Shown here one piece after another: positions 57,337 through 64,000 of a DNA stretch of 64,000 nucleotides. This DNA comes from a virus. The notes below the pieces were generated by a model. The model saw nothing but the letters and a program-made list of their open reading frames with translations. It did not search any database and was not told the origin of the DNA. How positions within the stretch are numbered: the stretch's first letter is position 1; each line of letters opens with the position of its first letter. The stretch spans positions 120,729-184,728 of the IMG/VR virus record IMGVR_UViG_3300047476_000982, one strand, 5' to 3'. Made by a program: the position numbers and the translations under genes.

Positions 57337-58722
57337 TTATAGTCCTAGCTCAAAAAATTTACCTGCTAAATAAGCCTTTTCATCTTTATCTAAACCTGAG
57401 TTAAAAGATTTGTTAGATCCTGATACAGGAGTAGATGTTTCAAATGTTAATTCATCGTCATCCATACTATCTGGATTGATCTCTATATAACCATTATTAG
57501 TGCTAATCTTGGCTGCATAAGTCATACCATCCATACCATAACGATTTTTCATAATATGAATACGGCCTGTACCATTAACCTTATCTTGCCTTTTTCTTGA
57601 TAGAGACATTGCAAAGTCTGCAATCATCATTTTATTATATGATCCTGCTGCTTTATCTCCTTCAATTACATCATCTTTAGCACCAGCACGATTAACCTGG
57701 GATACCGTCCAGATAGGTACTTTAAGTTCTCTTGCCATACCTTTTGTAGCGGTATATACATCATCAATTGCATCTTTAGGATCTATTGACTTAGTTTTAC
57801 TTTTTAACAAGTCAACGTAGTCAATAATAACTAAATCTGGAGGATATCCTAAATCTCTACACTTTTGAATATGGGATTCAATTGTATGCGTAGTAGCTTT
57901 TCCCATAGGGAATTCTTTAATGATAAGCTTACCTTTAATCTTGCTAACAGTATCTTCAATAGTTTGTCTATTTTTTTGTACATTTTGTACATCAATACCT
58001 GTAAACAATGCATCGTAACGCTTACCTACATAATACTCAGACAACTCTAATGTATAGTGACAAACAGTATATCCTCTTTTAACTGCTTCAGCTCCTATGT
58101 TAACAAGCATCCATGATTTACCTCCACCAGGATTACCAAATATGATACCTAGATCACCTACACCTAAACCTCCCATTAGCAACTCGTTAATGTGTGGCCA
58201 GAATGTTGGCATTGGAGCTCTTTCTTCTTCACGATATCTTGTTTCAATATCTTTTTCATATTCATGTCCAATAGACTTTTCTTGACCTGCTTTTAAGGCT
58301 TGATCAATCATATATTTGATATCATCGTATTGTCCTTTTTCAAGTAATGATACTGAGCTTAGGATAGCTTTTTTAATTTGTTGATTTTTACAAAAGCTAC
58401 TAAACTCTTGCTCTACGTATTCTCTATCTTCATTAGAGCTCTTTAGTGCTTCTTTTAATTGCTCTACTACACTAATCTTGAGTACTTCATTTTCAATCTT
58501 TCTTACTTCAACTTGTAGAGCATCAGTTGATGGAGTTGTATTATATTTGTAATAGTATCTCAATATCTCACCAACAATCCATTTATGCGCTGGATTATCA
58601 AACATTTCTGTATCAAGTATATCGTGTATATTTTGTAGAAATTCTTTATGCTTTAATAAACTTGATAATACCTTGATTTGAAAACTAATACCGTATTGCT
58701 GTAACTGATTTAATGACGACAT
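57337..58722 (-). CDS. dnaB: DnaB/gp41-like replicative helicase
   Basis: GNPGGGKS, TLEL, IIDYVDL, SQVNR, KNRYG. Confidence 0.93.
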   Translation of the reverse strand: MSSLNQLQQYGISFQIKVLSSLLKHKEFLQNIHDILDTEMFDNPAHKWIVGEILRYYYKYNTTPSTDALQVEVRKIENEVLKISVVEQLKEALKSSNEDREYVEQEFSSFCKNQQIKKAILSSVSLLEKGQYDDIKYMIDQALKAGQEKSIGHEYEKDIETRYREEERAPMPTFWPHINELLMGGLGVGDLGIIFGNPGGGKSWMLVNIGAEAVKRGYTVCHYTLELSEYYVGKRYDALFTGIDVQNVQKNRQTIEDTVSKIKGKLIIKEFPMGKATTHTIESHIQKCRDLGYPPDLVIIDYVDLLKSKTKSIDPKDAIDDVYTATKGMARELKVPIWTVSQVNRAGAKDDVIEGDKAAGSYNKMMIADFAMSLSRKRQDKVNGTGRIHIMKNRYGMDGMTYAAKISTNNGYIEINPDSMDDDELTFETSTPVSGSNKSFNSGLDKDEKAYLAGKFFELGL

Positions 58723-58725
58723 AAC

Positions 58726-59736
58726 TTATTTATATTTTTGTAGATCGTGAAAATGATTAAATAACCATGATTGAACATTAGGTATTGAATTGCCTAATTG
58801 ATCTTCATGATACAAATTTAAGAATTCCTGTGAATCATATATCTTTTTTGGATCTAGTAAAACACTATTTATTTCTTCTATTGCTTCTTCAGGAATATTA
58901 GGATCTTTTAAGTCCATCAACTTTTTATTTATTCTAAGTTGAAATTCGTAGTTCTTAATTGATTCTAGTATTTTATGCTTACCTTCACATTTTTGTAATA
59001 TATCATCTAGGGTAATCTGTTTATTAGATCCTAATTCAGGAAAATGTTTTAACATAGTCTTAGCTCCTAAACCTTTTACTCCAGGAACATTATCTCCAGA
59101 ATCACCTAATAATATTTTTTGTGTTAAAAAGTTTTTAGGTGTAACTCCGAATTCATTTAAAACAAGATCTTCATCATAAAATCTTTTTTTTGTAGGAGAA
59201 TAGATTGTTATTTTATCTGATACTAACTGTAGATAGTCTTTGTCGCTAGACATAATAGTTATCTCACCATCTAGTTTACCTGTTATATATCCTATTACAT
59301 CATCTGCTTCAATTTTATCAATAGATATAAGATCAACAGGAAGTGTTTTTAGATAGTATATTAGTCTAACAATCTGATGTGTGATAGCTTCTGATTCATC
59401 TTGTTGTGAATCAAATGAATCCCAGTTAGTAACTCTATTAAGACCTCTATTTGCTTTATATTCTGGATAGATATATCTTTTGTTAGTAGATGATCCTTGG
59501 CCATCAAACACAACAACCACTCTAGTTGGTCTAACCAATTTAATTACATACCCTAAAGAACGTAAAAAACCGGTTAAACCTCCTATATGAGATAGATCTT
59601 TATTAACCCAACCAATTGCAGTAAATGCTCTTAGAAAAGTATTTAATCCGTCAATAAGTAGAACTCTACTATTGAGTGATGCTTCGGCTTTCTCTGATTT
59701 AAGAGAGTCGAATATTTTTTGATATTCTTTATTCAT
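58726..59736 (-). CDS. 5'-3' exonuclease / T4 RNase H-like flap nuclease
   Basis: LIDGLN, YKANR, EADDVIG, SSDKD, GDSGDNVPGVKGLG. Confidence 0.93.
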   Translation of the reverse strand: MNKEYQKIFDSLKSEKAEASLNSRVLLIDGLNTFLRAFTAIGWVNKDLSHIGGLTGFLRSLGYVIKLVRPTRVVVVFDGQGSSTNKRYIYPEYKANRGLNRVTNWDSFDSQQDESEAITHQIVRLIYYLKTLPVDLISIDKIEADDVIGYITGKLDGEITIMSSDKDYLQLVSDKITIYSPTKKRFYDEDLVLNEFGVTPKNFLTQKILLGDSGDNVPGVKGLGAKTMLKHFPELGSNKQITLDDILQKCEGKHKILESIKNYEFQLRINKKLMDLKDPNIPEEAIEEINSVLLDPKKIYDSQEFLNLYHEDQLGNSIPNVQSWLFNHFHDLQKYK

Positions 59737-60797
59737 TAATCTTCTGTATCAAAAATGTCAGGAGATAGCGCTGTTTCTTCTTCTACAATATCAAATGTAC
59801 TTGATCCTAAAACTTTCATCCATTGATCAGAGTATTTCTTTTTGTATTCATCAAGTTCTTTTTTATCATCTTTGATAAATCCATGAACTGTCATGATAAC
59901 TTTGTTAACTGCTGTTACACCAGTAACGTGATTTTTATCACAACTAATTCTAGTCCTTTTAGCGAACTCTACTTCCTTACCATTCTTAGTAGCTTTAATT
60001 TTATTTGTACCTGCTCTAGCAATGTTACCGAATGTAACTACTAATGATGAGTCAAAATACATTGTGTTACCACCTTTGTTATTAAGTGTAGGTTGTCCCA
60101 TTGGTGAATCAGGCTTTGCTACCCAAACTTTATTAATTGCTACAAATGTATTTGTATAAGGTTGTGATGCTTTACGAGACAATACAATTCTTTGGTTAAT
60201 GAAGTTACCAAATTGTTGAGACATTGCTCCTGCATTCCATTCGTTATTATTTGTTGATTTTTCAACACTCATTCTACAAGGAATTGATCCTACAGAATCC
60301 CAGAAGAAACAAATATCATGAGGCAACGTTCCTCTTTTTTGCTCATCAAGAATATCTGCAATAAATGCTGATACATCTTCAATACATTCTAGCTTTTCAC
60401 GATCAATATATAAGAAGAAACCTTTATAGTCAATAACTTCTCCAGTATTTGGATCTGCCACTTCTTCAAATTCAAATCCCATCTCTTTAGCATGACTCCA
60501 ATCCCACTTCATTTCTGTAATAATGAATACAGGAAGAATTCCCATCTTTTGTGCACTAACTGCTGCTTCAAGAAGCGCTGTAGTTTTACCTGTATCTGAG
60601 TGTCCTCTTAAAAGAGTAATATGACCAACTGGAATACCTGGGATTTGTAGTGTTTCTTGAAATGCTTGAGAAAGTGGAATCCATCTTTGCTCTTTAAATA
60701 CTACGCTAGTTGAAAGGTTTTTGCCTTTCTTAAATTTCTCTAAACTTGAAATGTCTTTGATTGCGCTAGACACAGCGCCTGTAACTGATTTTGCCAT
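59736..60797 (-). CDS. recA: RecA/UvsX-like recombinase
   Basis: GHSDTGKT Walker A, WDSVGS, GGNTMYF. Confidence 0.88.
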   Translation of the reverse strand: MAKSVTGAVSSAIKDISSLEKFKKGKNLSTSVVFKEQRWIPLSQAFQETLQIPGIPVGHITLLRGHSDTGKTTALLEAAVSAQKMGILPVFIITEMKWDWSHAKEMGFEFEEVADPNTGEVIDYKGFFLYIDREKLECIEDVSAFIADILDEQKRGTLPHDICFFWDSVGSIPCRMSVEKSTNNNEWNAGAMSQQFGNFINQRIVLSRKASQPYTNTFVAINKVWVAKPDSPMGQPTLNNKGGNTMYFDSSLVVTFGNIARAGTNKIKATKNGKEVEFAKRTRISCDKNHVTGVTAVNKVIMTVHGFIKDDKKELDEYKKKYSDQWMKVLGSSTFDIVEEETALSPDIFDTED

Positions 60798-60812
60798 ACA
60801 AAACTTTTAGTT

Positions 60813-60840
60813 AAAAAACCCCAACCGAAGTTGGGGATTT
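60813..60840 (-). terminator. rho-independent terminator with UUCG tetraloop
   Basis: CCCCAAC-TTCG-GTTGGGG-TTTTTT. Confidence 0.88.
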
Positions 60841-60842
60841 GA

Positions 60843-61649
60843 TTAGATATCGAAAAGATCATCAATTGCCGAATCTACACTTGGCTTAGTCGTATTCAAT
60901 GTATACTGACCTTGTGTTGGCTTTTCCCATGGAAGATCTCCTTGAGGTTTAGCTTCTACAGCATCAGCTTGCTCTTTTAATTCTTCTTCTGGATTAAGAT
61001 GTTTAAGAAGTGCTTCTTTCATCTCATCATAAGAATACCTTTTGAATTGTCCTAAAGGATCTGGTTGTGTTTCAAGCCATAGCTTTACTTTATCTGCATC
61101 ATCAGAAAGCGGAGTTGATTTTGTTCTAACCCTAACAGTAGATGTATTATACATCAAGCCTGTTGTTTCTTTACCGGCAGTTTCAACTGTAATGTCACGA
61201 CCAGTAATTGGATCAGAATAATCTCCTACATCCTCATCTTCTGCAATAGAAAGCAAATCCATGTAGACTTGTTTACCAAATTCCCAAAGACGAACACCTT
61301 TGTCTTCTTCACCACGAACAATCACAGGAGCAAATACACGCATTTTTGGTTCAAGCTTTTTAGCTAGTTGCCAATTGTCACGTTCACTTGACTTGCGAAG
61401 TCCTTGTGCAAATTCAACAATAGGATCTTTTTCATTAAAGTTAGTCAAACTAATCATGGTACGATTGTTGATACCATAATGCATGTAGACTTCTTTAAAT
61501 GGATTTTGTTTATTAAACACTGAAGGCACAATACGTACTGAGTGTTTACCCACGGTAGGCCTCCAAATAGTTTGGCTTAGGTCCTTCTTTTGTCCTCCAC
61601 GTGGATTTTGTAGAGCCGACAATCTTGATTTGATAACTGATATATCCAT
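60843..61649 (-). CDS. gp32-like single-stranded DNA-binding protein
   Basis: IWRP..GKHSVRIVP, GVRLWEFGK, DPITGRDI, acidic C-terminus DDLFDI. Confidence 0.85.
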   Translation of the reverse strand: MDISVIKSRLSALQNPRGGQKKDLSQTIWRPTVGKHSVRIVPSVFNKQNPFKEVYMHYGINNRTMISLTNFNEKDPIVEFAQGLRKSSERDNWQLAKKLEPKMRVFAPVIVRGEEDKGVRLWEFGKQVYMDLLSIAEDEDVGDYSDPITGRDITVETAGKETTGLMYNTSTVRVRTKSTPLSDDADKVKLWLETQPDPLGQFKRYSYDEMKEALLKHLNPEEELKEQADAVEAKPQGDLPWEKPTQGQYTLNTTKPSVDSAIDDLFDI

Positions 61650-61717
61650 AATATAACTAATTTCGATAAATGTAAGACAGAAAGGCTAGATAGAAAAATC
61701 TATCTATTAAGTAAGAT

Positions 61718-61740
61718 AAAAAAACCGGCATTTAGCCGGT
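61718..61740 (-). terminator. rho-independent terminator
   Basis: ACCGGC-TAAAT-GCCGGT-TTTTTTT. Confidence 0.8.
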
Positions 61741-61746
61741 CTTTAA

Positions 61747-62202
61747 TTATTTTACAGGAATCCAAGTGCCGTCTTTAAGATTAGCAACGACGTGGTTTAA
61801 TTTAAAAACGTCGTGAGAACCAGGTTTTTTACCCTTCCAATTTAATCTTACAAAATGATTCCAATTTTTTGGATACCCAGTTAACACTGCTTTACCATCA
61901 CCAGTTTTAGGATATGTTACAGATACTATAGTATATACTGTTTTTTTAGGATCGTCTCTATGAGTAAATTTTATTCCTTTTAAACCATCCCAAATCTTTT
62001 TTAATCTAGCTGCTTTATCGTCTTGTTTTTTTATAGCGGCATAAATATCATCCATTCCCTCTTCTATCTCTGATGTACCAGGAACTTCTTCTTTATCAAG
62101 AAATTTTGATGTATCTACTGATTGTTCTCCTGTAGATATTTCTTCTTTTTTTATTCCTGCTATCTTCTGTAGCTTTTGTACTTCGTTTAATTGCTGTTTC
62201 AT
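61747..62202 (-). CDS. hypothetical protein with N-terminal LNEVQKLQKIAGI motif
   Basis: ORF track; own promoter motif and terminator. Confidence 0.65.
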   Translation of the reverse strand: MKQQLNEVQKLQKIAGIKKEEISTGEQSVDTSKFLDKEEVPGTSEIEEGMDDIYAAIKKQDDKAARLKKIWDGLKGIKFTHRDDPKKTVYTIVSVTYPKTGDGKAVLTGYPKNWNHFVRLNWKGKKPGSHDVFKLNHVVANLKDGTWIPVK

Positions 62203-62213
62203 GTTAATAAATA

Positions 62214-62642
62214 TTAGATTGCCACAATTTTGTGAATAGTAGTATTAAGTCTTTTTAAATCTTCTCCTTGAGTTAACAAGATTGAATTCTTGTAATCAGG
62301 CCAATTAATAGGAAATGTAGAATCTAAAACACCATTATTTAAAGTCTTGATTAAAGTATTCAAGGCGTTTATAGTGTATAAAGTATTAGACTCTTTCTTT
62401 CTATGAAGTAAAATTGTATTAGGCAGAATCCTAGTCTGGCCTCCTTCTATCTCGATATTATATGTACACATATACTCTTCTGAGTCTGGAGAAGCCAAAA
62501 CAAAGATTTTTTTATATAGGATTGTGTACTCTCTATTTATGTCTCTTAAGGTGTCTTCTAAAGACTCCTTTGGAGAGAAAGTACAAAAAAGTTTATTCAT
62601 AATTGATTCAGATGTTATTTCCAAAAATTCCTCATTTCTCAT
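62214..62642 (-). CDS. hypothetical phage protein
   Basis: KLFCTF...HRKKESNTLYTINALN. Confidence 0.7.
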   Translation of the reverse strand: MRNEEFLEITSESIMNKLFCTFSPKESLEDTLRDINREYTILYKKIFVLASPDSEEYMCTYNIEIEGGQTRILPNTILLHRKKESNTLYTINALNTLIKTLNNGVLDSTFPINWPDYKNSILLTQGEDLKRLNTTIHKIVAI

Positions 62643-62678
62643 AACCTTAATTTACTGTTAATAAATATTGATAATATA

Positions 62679-63974
62679 TTAGAAAGCATAGTTTACTCCG
62701 TACTTATGTTTGACTACCATGTTGTTACCTTCTAGGATTTGTTTAATCTTTTTTAGCAAAGGTTTACCATCTTCTTGAGAAAAATCAAACAAGAAAGAAT
62801 CATAAGTAATTAAGATCAATTTTGTCTTCTTTTTACTAAGAAGCTTGTTTACCTCTAAGATCTTGTATATGTTTTCTTTTGTCTCTAGATTCTGGACAAT
62901 ATAGTTAAATAATTTTAATTTATTCATTCCTGGTAGCTTCTTTAATATTCTGCCTGTAGGCAAAATCAAAGCTTTGTGGGCATTGTATTTCTTCCACTCT
63001 TGTTCTATAAATTGGTCTAATGCCTTAAAGAACTCTATATGTTGGTATTGCTGTTCTATACCACCATAAAGCTGCTTAAATGTAATGGCCTTTGATTCTT
63101 TATACTGTTCATCTGTGAGCTCGGTGGTATTGAAATATGCGCGTCCCAGGTAGTTATGCATAGACTCTTTAGGAGGTTCGAATCCTATAAGGCCAGATAT
63201 TAATCTTAAATGATATGCATCAAAGTCAAACTCTACCAAATAGTCATTTTTAGGTACAAAACATTCTCTAAAGTCTTTATCTTTAGGTATTGCTAGAAAG
63301 TTAATACTGTTGAAAGAGTTAGTGGGTCTAGCTGTTAAATTATAAAGATTATAGTAAGAATATATTGTGTCTCCTAAAAGTGAATACTCTTTATGTTGGA
63401 ATTGGTACTTTTTATTCAAGCAACTAAGATCAACTTTTATTCCAGCTTGCTCAACAGTTTTATACGCATCAACCAGTTTGTCTTGAAGTTCAATGTCCAT
63501 TTCAAGTTCAAAGTAATCTTTTACCATTTGATATAAACATTCGCATCTCTCATAATGTTTAGAAATAGGAATTATTTCATTTATAGTAGGTAAAATAGGA
63601 TGCTTAATATAAAAATCCCTATGAACCGGTGTATTACACTCAAAAGAACTATATTCATTATTTTTGTCTAAACAGATAAATTGCACATCAATAGAATTAT
63701 ATAGATCTAAAAAATAAGAGTGCATTTTCTTATCAAGAAGATAAATCTTATTGTGTTTCTTTAAAAACTCTTCAACTAATTTAAGATCTAAACTAAAACC
63801 TTCAGAGTGATTAATTACGAAGACATATCCTTTACTAGAATTATTATAATAGATTAAACTTACTCTAGCTAATTTTGGATGGTAATAATCATTTGAAGTA
63901 ACTACTTGAATAAATGCCTGATCAGACATTTCTAGACGACTCAACTGTTCTTTATCTTCAATAATGAAATACAT
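62679..63974 (-). CDS. second, reduced family A DNA polymerase-like protein
   Basis: LTARPTN, EFDFDAYHLR (motif A), KAITFKQLYG (motif B), ITYDSF (motif C); thumb shortened, exonuclease degenerate. Confidence 0.8.
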   Translation of the reverse strand: MYFIIEDKEQLSRLEMSDQAFIQVVTSNDYYHPKLARVSLIYYNNSSKGYVFVINHSEGFSLDLKLVEEFLKKHNKIYLLDKKMHSYFLDLYNSIDVQFICLDKNNEYSSFECNTPVHRDFYIKHPILPTINEIIPISKHYERCECLYQMVKDYFELEMDIELQDKLVDAYKTVEQAGIKVDLSCLNKKYQFQHKEYSLLGDTIYSYYNLYNLTARPTNSFNSINFLAIPKDKDFRECFVPKNDYLVEFDFDAYHLRLISGLIGFEPPKESMHNYLGRAYFNTTELTDEQYKESKAITFKQLYGGIEQQYQHIEFFKALDQFIEQEWKKYNAHKALILPTGRILKKLPGMNKLKLFNYIVQNLETKENIYKILEVNKLLSKKKTKLILITYDSFLFDFSQEDGKPLLKKIKQILEGNNMVVKHKYGVNYAF

Positions 63975-64000
63975 AACCTGTTATTAACTACTAATATACA

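Overview
AT-rich, densely packed window with almost all genes on the minus strand. It reads as a 64 kb piece of a large (jumbo-type) dsDNA phage. No capsid, portal or terminase gene is in view, so the phage call rests on gene content: gp32-like SSB, UvsX/RecA, DnaB, two PolA-family genes, a 5'-3' exonuclease, class II RNR, ThyA, dUTPase, dCMP deaminase, a GH19 endolysin with holin-like genes, tRNAs/tmRNA and many small ORFans. The host is probably Bacteroidota, inferred from TAnnTTTG -7 promoters, a T9SS C-terminal sorting domain, Bacteroidota-style lipoproteins and a TonB-dependent receptor. Genetic code 11 fits. Layout: 1-9.4 kb small early/accessory genes with a duplicated promoter cassette; 9.4-22.3 kb glycosylation/amino-sugar island; 24.4-27.3 kb RNA island (3 conventional tRNAs plus a CAT tRNA, tmRNA, two aberrant tRNA-like folds, two unannotated structured RNAs of about 310 and 370 nt); 27.6-37.5 kb outer-membrane/secretion island; 37.6-39.7 kb lysis/redox/nuclease; 41-49 kb nucleotide metabolism with a candidate DNA hypermodification locus; 49-52 kb GroEL/GroES/Hsp20; 52-64 kb replication. 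The strongest candidates for new biology are (1) an apparent amino-acid-type hypermodification pathway coupled to a dCMP-specific thymidylate-synthase paralog, (2) the unannotated ornate ncRNAs, one embedding a tRNA-like cloverleaf, and (3) the phage-encoded TBDR/CsgG/T9SS/cohesin-dockerin envelope island. All family assignments come from motif recognition by eye; no database search was run.
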